Below are positions 38,235-47,286 of a stretch of 64,000 nucleotides of DNA, one piece after another. Made by a program: the position numbers and the translations under genes. The notes beneath the pieces are model-generated. The model did no database searches. It was given only the letters and a program-made list of their open reading frames with translations, and was not told the DNA's origin. Within the stretch, counting starts at the first letter, position 1. Each line of letters begins with the position of its first letter. The DNA lies in assembly GCA_014894395.1 (NCBI GenBank), contig JADBLO010000065.1:3840-67839 (forward strand), read 5' to 3'. This DNA comes from Thermoplasmata archaeon (GTDB lineage Archaea > Thermoplasmatota > E2 > DHVEG-1).

Positions 38235-40202
38235 ATGAATGGAAGTCTCGTTGAAAAACTAATGATTTGTGGAATTATATTTGTAATCTCCGGAGTAAAT
38301 TATGGAGCTGGCGTAGAGAATAATACGGGGTATAAAAGTAATTCTATTAGTACAAATGAATCTACCTCTTCATCATCTTTTACTACTGACTGGTGGCCTA
38401 TGTATCACCATGATCTCAATCTCACAGGATATTCTACATCGACGGCTCCCAAAACAAACAAAGTATTATGGGCTGCTGGGACATACAAAAATTTTTGGTA
38501 TGACCCTCAGAGATCATCACCTGCGGTTGTTAACGATACCATCTACATAGGGGTTGTTGATCCCTCAGTTCCAAAATCTACTCCAATTTCTCATGAAATC
38601 GGATTCCAGAAAAACCGTTTACCATTAAAAAGTCCTTTCAATTTTGATAGAATTCAAAATGAGAACCCCTCTACGGAACGCTGGTATGAGGCCTATTTAG
38701 TTTGCATGAATGCAACAACAGGCTTTGAAAAATGGAAAACAAGGCTTGATGATGAGTATTATATCAGGGGTTCTCCTGCAGTTGCTGATGGTAGGGTCTA
38801 TATTACTACTACTGAGTGGTTTACAAGTCCATATGGCCATTTATTTTGTTTAGATGCTTCCACAGGTTCTATTCTTTGGAACTTTACTTTGAATGGATAT
38901 GAGGCTTTTTCACCTGCTGTTGTAAATGGAAAAGTGTATGCATCCGGATGGATTCTTGGAGAAAATTCTTCCAAGATTTGCAAACTTTTCTGTTTAGATA
39001 CAGAAACAGGTATCGAAGTATTTAATACGACTTTAGGTATTGGAGAGCCTGTTGACGCAGCAGTATTGTATAACGGTCGCATATATGTCTCTGTGTGGGA
39101 TGACAACGCTTATGAGACTTTTCTATACTGTGTTAATGCATTAAACGGAACTCTTTATTGGAATAAGAATCTGCCTGGAAACTACTTGCTTTCTTCTCCT
39201 GTTATTTATAATGGAAAAATATTTGTTATCTCGAACACTTTTGATTTTCAAGAAAATGTTTCCTGTTATATTGAGTGTTTTGATGCGATAACAGGTGCTC
39301 CTCAATGGAATAGATATATCGAAGGTGGTGCCAATGCATGGTCAACCCCTGCTGTTGCCTATAACAGAATTTATTTTACAGTATCACATGAACTTTATGA
39401 CATAAGTTGGTTGTATTGTTTAGATGCAGCAACTGGTGATCTTATATGGAATAAGTTTCTGACACAAGACGGAGTGTTATATTCATCTCCAGCAATTGCA
39501 GATGGAAAGATATACGTCAATTCCATGAGTTATTTCCAGTTTCATGGTTATTTGTACTGTTTAGATGCGACAACTGGCGATAATATTTGGCAATACTGGT
39601 TGGTTGACCCAATATATTCCTCACCTGCTATTGCGAGTGGAAGATTGTATCTTGCCTCTCGGGATTACTTCTATACCTTTGATGATTCAGCTCCATCAGA
39701 TAATCCCCCAATTGTAACAATCACGGGACCACATTATGGGGTACCTGGAAAAGAATATAATTATACCTTTTTAGCTGAGGATCCGGAAGAGCATGATTTG
39801 TTGGTGATTTTTGAATGGTCAAGAGAATGGCCAGAGGGTTACTATATGTGGGTAACGCCCTCAGGTATACCATACGTTTTAACCTTACCTTTTGAAGAGG
39901 AAGGAGAGTATTGGATTCGAGCAAGAGCCCAAGATATGGTGTATTATACCTGGAGTAATTGGACTGAACTTACGATTAATATCTCAGAGCCTAAGCAGAT
40001 GTTTCTTCTTGGATTCATCAATCATGTTGAAAAAGAAAATGATTATACCTTAATGAACGCCTCGCTCGTATTTTATGCTCAGTTTTCTCCATTCAAAGTT
40101 GGTTTCCTTTCACCTGGTAATCAAATCATCATTTTGAATAATTCTACAGGGTATATGGGCTCACGTTTCATCATCGGGCGATTCCAAGCAACTATCGGGT
40201 AG
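38235..40202 (+). CDS. Secreted PQQ-like (BamB-type) beta-propeller protein with C-terminal PKD-like domain
   Basis: WPMYHHD...TGYS, repeated SSPA..G..Y / LYCLDA.TG...W, then NPP...I.GP..G..G.EY.Y...DPE. Confidence 0.85.
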   Translation: MNGSLVEKLMICGIIFVISGVNYGAGVENNTGYKSNSISTNESTSSSSFTTDWWPMYHHDLNLTGYSTSTAPKTNKVLWAAGTYKNFWYDPQRSSPAVVNDTIYIGVVDPSVPKSTPISHEIGFQKNRLPLKSPFNFDRIQNENPSTERWYEAYLVCMNATTGFEKWKTRLDDEYYIRGSPAVADGRVYITTTEWFTSPYGHLFCLDASTGSILWNFTLNGYEAFSPAVVNGKVYASGWILGENSSKICKLFCLDTETGIEVFNTTLGIGEPVDAAVLYNGRIYVSVWDDNAYETFLYCVNALNGTLYWNKNLPGNYLLSSPVIYNGKIFVISNTFDFQENVSCYIECFDAITGAPQWNRYIEGGANAWSTPAVAYNRIYFTVSHELYDISWLYCLDAATGDLIWNKFLTQDGVLYSSPAIADGKIYVNSMSYFQFHGYLYCLDATTGDNIWQYWLVDPIYSSPAIASGRLYLASRDYFYTFDDSAPSDNPPIVTITGPHYGVPGKEYNYTFLAEDPEEHDLLVIFEWSREWPEGYYMWVTPSGIPYVLTLPFEEEGEYWIRARAQDMVYYTWSNWTELTINISEPKQMFLLGFINHVEKENDYTLMNASLVFYAQFSPFKVGFLSPGNQIIILNNSTGYMGSRFIIGRFQATIG

Positions 40203-40678
40203 CAGGATTTTTCTGCGGAACTATGTACACGTCAGGGTTCTAACTTCGTGTTAAGATTGTCAAGTGGAAATAGGCGTATAAATCCAGAAAGTTAGAGAAT
40301 TACGAAGCGATGTAAAGAGACAGTATGAAATTATAGATTGCCCCCCAAAACTGAGATAACAACGTATACGTAAAACCATTGTTTTACCACCAAAACAATC
40401 TTCTCGTATGCTTTTTTATCACCCGAGTATCAAACCATTAAACAACGTGGTATATCCCTAAAAACTGGGTGATTCAATAACACCTTTTAAATGGGAAGTG
40501 GTCGCTAACCCTGCAAAGAGGAACCACTATGAATAAACCAGTAACTATGAGGGAAAACAGGCAGGTGACAAACACCAATACGCTGGAACATGTCAAGTGT
40601 AGTTCGAATGCAAGCAAGTTAACCTTAAATACATCATGTAATATACGAAACCGACTTACAACAACATCTTGATGGCCT

Positions 40679-40855
40679 ATGGAGTTAAATCTCTCTGAAA
40701 GAGTCGGAAGCCTACTGCAGGCATTATTTCTCCTCATTCTACCATGGGTAGTCCTGCTTATCGGACTCGCGGTATCGCTTGACAATGTCTGGTATTACCT
40801 GCTGTGTATCACCTGGTTTGGATGTGGCCTTGTCTTTTTCGGGACCCTCAATTAG
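40679..40855 (+). CDS. Small two-TM membrane protein (58 aa)
   Basis: Hand translation MELNLSERVGSLLQALFLLILPWVVLLIGLAVSLDNVWYYLLCITWFGCGLVFFGTLN*; shorter than any ORF in the track. Confidence 0.6.
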   Translation: MELNLSERVGSLLQALFLLILPWVVLLIGLAVSLDNVWYYLLCITWFGCGLVFFGTLN

Positions 40856-40936
40856 CATGGCAGCGTGTGACTCGTTTTTCTTTAAAACCAAAATCATTTA
40901 AATCACCTACCCTATTCTGTTTTCCTGTTGATCGGG

Positions 40937-42562
40937 ATGGTTAATTATATCATCGTAACAGGTGGAGTTATTTCTGGTTTAGGGAAAGGTATTACGACCG
41001 CGTCGATCGGAAAGATCCTCGAGAACCACGGATACAAAGTAACGGCAATCAAGATTGATCCCTACATCAACTATGATGCAGGCACCTTACGACCAACGGA
41101 ACATGGGGAGGTCTGGGTAACAGAGGACGGCGGGGAAATCGACCAGGACCTCGGTCATTACGAACGCTTTTTAGACATCAATATCCCTAAGCGCAACAAT
41201 ATCACCACCGGTCAAGTCTATAGCGCCGTCATAGAAAAAGAACGAAGCGGTAAATACCTCGGTAAAACCGTACAGCCAATCCCCCATGTCACTGATGAAA
41301 TCAAACGACGGATTCGAGCACCAGCAGAGGAAACAAAATTTGATTTCGTTCTCGTCGAGATTGGCGGCACTGTTGGTGATTATGAAAACGTATTGTTCTT
41401 AGAAGCGGTTCGTCAGATGAAATACGAGGGAGAAAAAATCATCTACGTCCATGTCACCTATGTGCCGGTCCTGAAATCACTTGGTGAAGCAAAAACCAAA
41501 CCAACACAGCACTCCGTCAAACTGCTCCGCGAAATTGGTATTCAACCTGATTTCATTATCACTCGTTCGGAAAAACCTCTCGATGATGTTCGGAAGGAAA
41601 AAATCGCATTGTTCTGTAACGTTTCTGGTGAGGACGTTATTTCAGATTCCAATATCGACAATGTCTACGGCGTTCCCCTTTTGTTTGAAGAGCAGACACT
41701 TTGTAAGAAGATTCTTAAGAAACTTGGACTTCGGAAAGAAGAAATTGATATGAACATCTGGAAAACGTATATCGGAAAGATCCGGAAGTTAGATAAAAAA
41801 ATCAAGATAGGGATTGTTGGGAAATACTTTGATATTGGCGCATTTAAGCTTTCCGACTCGTATATTTCTGTGATCGAGGCGGTAAAGCATGCCGCATGGA
41901 ATAACAACGTCCGCCCAGAGATCGAATGGATTGACTCAAAAATCTTTGAGAAGCAGCCACGGAAGATTGTGAACCTCAAGAAAGTCGACGGCATTATCGT
42001 CCCTGGTGGGTTTGGATTATCCGGTGTTGAAGGGAAAATCGCAACGATAAAATATGCTCGTGAAAATAAGATCCCGTACCTTGGATTGTGTCTGGGGATG
42101 CAACTCGCGGTCGTCGAATACGCAAGAAACGTCTGTGGAATGAAAGGTGCAAACACCACAGAGGTTGAAAAAAACCCCCCGTACCCGGTGATTGATTTCA
42201 TCCCTGATCAGGTTAAAATTGTCACTGAATCACGCTATGGGGCGACCATGCGGCTTGGTGCGTACCCAGCAATTCTCACCGAAGGTTCTTTGATCCGAAA
42301 GCTGTACGATGATCAAAACAAGGTCTATGAACGTCATCGGCATCGGTACGAAGTCAACCCGCAATACATTGAAACCCTGGAGAAGAACGGCCTGGTATTC
42401 TCTGGACGATCACCAGATGGTATCCTCATGGAGTTCATGGAACTGCCTGGTCATCCGTATTTTATCGGTACCCAGGCACACCCGGAGTTTAAATCACGGC
42501 CGATGAAACCCGCCCCCCTCTTTGATGGACTCATTAAAGCAGCAAAGAAAAAAAAGGAATAA
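40937..42562 (+). CDS. pyrG: CTP synthase
   Basis: TGGVISGLGKG, KIDPYIN, TKPTQHS, GLCLGMQ, RHRHRYE, QAHPE. Confidence 0.98.
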   Translation: MVNYIIVTGGVISGLGKGITTASIGKILENHGYKVTAIKIDPYINYDAGTLRPTEHGEVWVTEDGGEIDQDLGHYERFLDINIPKRNNITTGQVYSAVIEKERSGKYLGKTVQPIPHVTDEIKRRIRAPAEETKFDFVLVEIGGTVGDYENVLFLEAVRQMKYEGEKIIYVHVTYVPVLKSLGEAKTKPTQHSVKLLREIGIQPDFIITRSEKPLDDVRKEKIALFCNVSGEDVISDSNIDNVYGVPLLFEEQTLCKKILKKLGLRKEEIDMNIWKTYIGKIRKLDKKIKIGIVGKYFDIGAFKLSDSYISVIEAVKHAAWNNNVRPEIEWIDSKIFEKQPRKIVNLKKVDGIIVPGGFGLSGVEGKIATIKYARENKIPYLGLCLGMQLAVVEYARNVCGMKGANTTEVEKNPPYPVIDFIPDQVKIVTESRYGATMRLGAYPAILTEGSLIRKLYDDQNKVYERHRHRYEVNPQYIETLEKNGLVFSGRSPDGILMEFMELPGHPYFIGTQAHPEFKSRPMKPAPLFDGLIKAAKKKKE

Positions 42563-42567
42563 ATTGA

Positions 42568-43572
42568 TTACATTGTTTTTGGCTCAAAAACCGTTTTATG
42601 TAACACAAGGTTACTGCAAAAGAACCAGAGCGGAGGAATCAACGCAACAAGGGCAATGTAGATGTTCAATGAACATAACATAATGGGTGTTGTTGCGTAC
42701 ATGAAAATCACGGTGATTCCAATCGATTTCCTGATGCGAGATCGGTCAAAGGTTTTTATGGAATATAATTTGTAAATGGAAACAAAGATCAAAACCTCTA
42801 AAATCACCAGAAGCGCAATTTGCCAGAGCCAAAGGTCCCACGACCGCATGACAAACGGTGTGAAAGGTATGAAGATCAACAGCATGCGTCCAATTTCGAT
42901 GAGATATCCAGTGGTTTTAAAGGAGAGCGGTAAGGCAATGACGCCGGCATGGATATTCGCACCTAACCGGATAGCGATTGTATTTGCGCTTCCTTCTTTG
43001 TCATGATCGATGTCTTTTATCGTACCGTTAATCATATTCATAAAGAGGACTTGTAACCCGCCGATAAGTGCCACAATATATGCTAACCTGGTCGGGGTTC
43101 CAATCGTCGATGCACCAAATAAAATAAGGAAAAAAACAGCACCGGCTACAAACAGATCCATCCCTGGGTATTTCTTGCTAGCGATATCGTAGACGGTCGC
43201 AATGAAATATGCGATCAGGAGGATAAGGATAAGAAAGATGTAACTTCCTAGTTCTGAAAAAAATACGAGAGAAAGAAGAAACGAACCAATCATACAGGAC
43301 ACTGCGAAGAAAGCAGCACGTTTTCTTGTGATACTCCCTCGCACTAAGGGTCGTGCGATGAGGTCTTTAGATAATTTATCGACCTTGATGTCGATGACAT
43401 CATTGAGCACGAATCCGTACGAATGGGCAAAACAACCGATGATAAATAATATAACCAATTTTAAGGGTGTCAACGTATCCACATTCCACATGGCTAGCGC
43501 GCCAAGAACGGGAGCAACCCCTGTAAGTCCCATGTTGAAGAGACGGGTGATTTCTATATAATCACGTATCAT
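42568..43572 (-). CDS. UbiA-family prenyltransferase (DGGGP synthase-like)
   Basis: NDVIDIKVD...RPL..G, KDIDHD..G..T; multi-TM. Confidence 0.85.
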   Translation of the reverse strand: MIRDYIEITRLFNMGLTGVAPVLGALAMWNVDTLTPLKLVILFIIGCFAHSYGFVLNDVIDIKVDKLSKDLIARPLVRGSITRKRAAFFAVSCMIGSFLLSLVFFSELGSYIFLILILLIAYFIATVYDIASKKYPGMDLFVAGAVFFLILFGASTIGTPTRLAYIVALIGGLQVLFMNMINGTIKDIDHDKEGSANTIAIRLGANIHAGVIALPLSFKTTGYLIEIGRMLLIFIPFTPFVMRSWDLWLWQIALLVILEVLIFVSIYKLYSIKTFDRSRIRKSIGITVIFMYATTPIMLCSLNIYIALVALIPPLWFFCSNLVLHKTVFEPKTM

Positions 43573-43662
43573 TAGCTAAAAAGTAAAACAAGAGGCCCAT
43601 AAAAAACCATCGGTTTGTAACCTATAGGTTTTTATAATCAATCTCCATTTTTTTCTTTCAGT

Positions 43663-44676
43663 ATGCTCGAAAAACTTCGCATGTTTGCTGATATCGGCAG
43701 AACACAAGGAATTACCACCACTGCATCTATTGCCATAGTCGGTGCATTGACCTCTACCGCATCAGTCGAATGGTACCATATTGTGTATTTCACCATTCTA
43801 GCGATTATCTCTCATATGGCGCTGAACACCTACATCGCGTTAGGTGACATAGAACTTGATGCACACACCTATGTCCCCTCAAGAAACCCAGTCTCAACCG
43901 GTATGCTGTCAAAAAAAGAGGCGATGTTCTTTGTCTACGGAGGAACCCTCGTCTGCATCCTTCTCATCGCTGTTCTCCGCCTTCACCTTGATTCGCTCTC
44001 TGTTCTTATGAGCTTCCTGTGTTTCTTTCCTGCGTACGGCTTTCTTCTCTGGTACGGCTGGAAAGGAAAAAAAGTCGTCGTCTCCTATGATTTTTCATTC
44101 TCGATTTCCTATTCCTTTTTTGTCCTCTTTGGGGTGTTTGCTGTTGGTGGGTTACCAACGATGTACACCTGGATTTTCATCGGGGTAGTCATCTTTGCAG
44201 CAACCGCGTTCGCCCAATGGGAAAATGGTCTTAAAGACGTTGATGCAGACCGCAGTGTCGGCGTAAGAAGCCTCGCGGTTGTCGCCCACGTAAAGAATAA
44301 TGAAAAACTCCGTGGTACCCACCCCTATTTCCTCTATGGATGTACTTTAAAAGTGGGATTTCTCCTATTCAGTTTCATGGCGTGGTGGTACACGAATAAT
44401 CTGTATTACCTCCTTTTCCTTATATTCTACGGAATCCCTTCCCAAATATTCATCATGTATCGATTTGTAACAAAACAAAGTCCAGTCGAGCATCGAAAAA
44501 CAATTCTCCTTGATGTGACCTTTGCTGCGATCCTCGGTTACTCCACGATTATCGGAAAAACAGATATCGTACCAATCGCCCTGTTGATTATCTATCTTAT
44601 CGGGGGATATCTGATAGGTTCTTTGATTCAGTCAAACTGTGAATTTAAATTCGGAAGATTCCGAATCTCAACCTAA
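43663..44676 (+). CDS. UbiA-family prenyltransferase-like protein, divergent first Asp motif
   Basis: NTYIALGDIELD...NPV..G, KDVDAD..G..S; multi-TM. Confidence 0.75.
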   Translation: MLEKLRMFADIGRTQGITTTASIAIVGALTSTASVEWYHIVYFTILAIISHMALNTYIALGDIELDAHTYVPSRNPVSTGMLSKKEAMFFVYGGTLVCILLIAVLRLHLDSLSVLMSFLCFFPAYGFLLWYGWKGKKVVVSYDFSFSISYSFFVLFGVFAVGGLPTMYTWIFIGVVIFAATAFAQWENGLKDVDADRSVGVRSLAVVAHVKNNEKLRGTHPYFLYGCTLKVGFLLFSFMAWWYTNNLYYLLFLIFYGIPSQIFIMYRFVTKQSPVEHRKTILLDVTFAAILGYSTIIGKTDIVPIALLIIYLIGGYLIGSLIQSNCEFKFGRFRIST

Positions 44677-44689
44677 CGGGAGAACGCTA

Positions 44690-46072
44690 CTATTTGTTCT
44701 TCAAATACGTATCGATTGCCCGTGCCACTCGTTTCCCAGCACCCATGGCAAGAATGACGGTTGCAGCTCCAGTGGCAATATCTCCCCCTGCAAAGATACC
44801 GGGTACCGATGTTCGACCATCGTCATCAGCGATGATATTCCCGTGTTTCCCGATTTTTAGTTCTTTCATGGTCTGTGGGATTAAGGGATTTGGACTCTGA
44901 CCAATTGCAACAAGCGCGGTATCAATAGGTATTTTTTCTTCAGAGCCTGGAATTGGCACCGGTCGTCTCCTCCCAGAATCATCAGGCTCGCCGAGCTGCA
45001 TTTTTAGATATTCTACTTCTTTAAGGATTCCTTTCTCATCACCGATAAAACGGATTGGATTTGTTAACAATTTGAAAATGACCCCTTCTTGTTTTGCATG
45101 CTCGATTTCCTCCGCACGCGCCGGCATCTCTGCTTCTGTTCTGCGATACAGGATATAGGATTTTTCTGCACCTAATCGTAAGGATGTGCGTGCGCAATCC
45201 ATCGCAACATTCCCAGCGCCAAATGTAGCGACGATCCTGCCGATTTTCACGGGTGTGTCATACTCAGGGAACTTGTACGCCTTCATCATATTCACGCGAG
45301 TGAGAAACTCATTCGCTGAATACACACCGTCAAGGTTTTCACCAGGGATATTCAACCAGTTTGGAAGACCGGCACCGGTCCCAATAAACACCGCATCATA
45401 TTCTTCCATCAATTCTTTTACATCAATGGTTTTTCCCACGACGACATCATAGTTGATAGCGACACCTAAACTTTTTACATATTCGACTTCAGATTTGACG
45501 ATTGCTTTCGGCAGACGGAACTCAGGGATCCCATACATCAACACGCCACCGGGATCATGTAACGCCTCAAAGACGGTTACTGCATGCCCCATTCGTGCGA
45601 GATCACCAGCACAGGTTAATCCTGCTGGACCAGAGCCGACAACTGCGACAATCTTTCCAGTTGATTTTGGTTTCTTTGGAGGTTTTTTCCCTTTCTCCCG
45701 CTCATAGTCAGCAATAAATCGTTCGAGCCTTCCGATACCAACAGGTTCCCCGATCTTCTTGAGCGTACATTCCTCTTCACATTGGCTTTCATAGGGGCAT
45801 ACACGTCCTGAGATTGCCGGGAGATTGTTTTTCGCTTTGATGACCTCTGCTGCTTTGTCAAAATCACCTTGGGCAATACAAGTGATAAAACCAGGGATGT
45901 CGATTTCCACGGGGCATCCTTTCATGCAGGGTTTGTTTTTGCATTGTAAACAACGCTTTGCTTCCTCGATAGCAATCTCTTTTGTGTAACCATAGGGTAC
46001 TTCTTTGAAATTCTTGATACGCTCCTGTGGTGGTTGCTCAGGCATTTCGTGTTTTGTTTTTCGCACGCTCAT
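44690..46072 (-). CDS. nfnB: NADH-dependent reduced ferredoxin:NADP oxidoreductase large subunit (NfnB/SudA, GltD-like)
   Basis: EAKRCLQC..PC..GCP, GRVCPYE.QCE..C, GSGPAG, GAGNVAMD, YRR, GGDI..G.ATVI.AMG. Confidence 0.9.
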   Translation of the reverse strand: MSVRKTKHEMPEQPPQERIKNFKEVPYGYTKEIAIEEAKRCLQCKNKPCMKGCPVEIDIPGFITCIAQGDFDKAAEVIKAKNNLPAISGRVCPYESQCEEECTLKKIGEPVGIGRLERFIADYEREKGKKPPKKPKSTGKIVAVVGSGPAGLTCAGDLARMGHAVTVFEALHDPGGVLMYGIPEFRLPKAIVKSEVEYVKSLGVAINYDVVVGKTIDVKELMEEYDAVFIGTGAGLPNWLNIPGENLDGVYSANEFLTRVNMMKAYKFPEYDTPVKIGRIVATFGAGNVAMDCARTSLRLGAEKSYILYRRTEAEMPARAEEIEHAKQEGVIFKLLTNPIRFIGDEKGILKEVEYLKMQLGEPDDSGRRRPVPIPGSEEKIPIDTALVAIGQSPNPLIPQTMKELKIGKHGNIIADDDGRTSVPGIFAGGDIATGAATVILAMGAGKRVARAIDTYLKNK

Positions 46073-46890
46073 TGGGCACCCGCCAGTTTGCACGCCTCTC
46101 CTTCCGCATGAATAAAACGGCGGTTCCGAAGCATCAAATTATCATAATCCACTTTATGCCCATCGAACTCAGGACCATCAACACAGGCGAACTTTGTCTT
46201 ACCATCGATCGAGACTCGACATCCACCGCACATCCCGGTGCCATCAACCATAATAGGGTTCAAACTCACCAGGGTTTTAATATCGTATTTTTTTGTGAGA
46301 TTGGAGACCACTTTCATCATGATAATCGGACCGATTGCCATAACCATGTTGACATTCTGTGTATCGATTACTTTCTGTAAGACATCGCTGACAAAACCTT
46401 TGTGACCTTTCGATCCATCATCTGTTGCGATATAGAATTCGTCGCTATATGCTTCGATTTCTTTTTCTAAAAGAAGAAGGTCTTTGGTTTTAGCCCCAAG
46501 GATTGAAATTACATTGTTCCCTGATTCTTTCAACGCTTTCACGATCGGATATAAGGGGGCAATACCAACCCCGCCACCGACGCAGACGACCGTACCGTAT
46601 TTCTTAACTTCCGACGGCATGCCAAGGGGTCCTGCGAAATTTTCTAAGGAATCACCAACGTTAAGAGTACCGAGTTGTTTTGTGGTTTTTCCAACCTCAA
46701 GAAAAATAATAGTAATCGTTCCTTTTTTTGGATCAGAATCAGCAATCGTCAAAGGGATACGTTCCCCTCTTTCGTCAATACGAAGAATGATAAATTGACC
46801 GGGTTGTGCTTTCTTTGCAACCAGCGGTGCTTTGATCTTCATGAGTTTCACGGTATCTGATAATACCTTTTTTTCGATGATTTCATACAT
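46069..46890 (-). CDS. nfnA: Nfn small subunit (NfnA/SudB)
   Basis: GERIPLTI, GGGVG, MVDGTGMCGGCRV...FACVDGP. Confidence 0.92.
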   Translation of the reverse strand: MYEIIEKKVLSDTVKLMKIKAPLVAKKAQPGQFIILRIDERGERIPLTIADSDPKKGTITIIFLEVGKTTKQLGTLNVGDSLENFAGPLGMPSEVKKYGTVVCVGGGVGIAPLYPIVKALKESGNNVISILGAKTKDLLLLEKEIEAYSDEFYIATDDGSKGHKGFVSDVLQKVIDTQNVNMVMAIGPIIMMKVVSNLTKKYDIKTLVSLNPIMVDGTGMCGGCRVSIDGKTKFACVDGPEFDGHKVDYDNLMLRNRRFIHAEGEACKLAGAQ

Positions 46891-46980
46891 ACAAACACAT
46901 CAGAGAATAAATCCTGGTAACCGGTATTTTACATTCGTCTTTAATAGTTTATGATATTCTTTCTCCACCTGAGCAGATTT

Positions 46981-47286
46981 TTACAAAAGATTAATACGGA
47001 TTTTCATGAACTCTTCCTGGATATCTACTTTTCGCGGATAATTGCTAAAAAATCCTTCGAAAAAGATTTTGATGAATCTCGCTGACTCAGAGACAGCAAG
47101 AACCAAGGTGAAATTTTTCTTGGAATCTTGCTTGAGGGTATACCAGTTTGTTTTCTCCATATATTTTAAGATGTGCTCTGGCTCATGGATGCCTTTATCA
47201 CTATATTCCTTTCTATGAAAATCACCAATTTTCCACACGTCATCCCAGAATTTCTTGGAGCCTTCACCGATCTCGATAAAATTTAC
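46981..47286 (-). pseudogene. 5'-truncated gene fragment
   Basis: Protein-like frame VNFIEIGEGSKKFWDDVWK...KIRINLL begins immediately after the in-frame TAA of the upstream gene. No clear start or RBS. Confidence 0.5.

Noticed and set aside
40497-40528. c-di-GMP-type riboswitch suggested by a GCAA tetraloop
   Set aside because: The second stem and conserved flanking nucleotides are not recognisable.
44690-46072. Glutamate synthase small subunit as a true GOGAT
   Set aside because: It overlaps an NfnA/SudB gene, the standard NfnAB arrangement.
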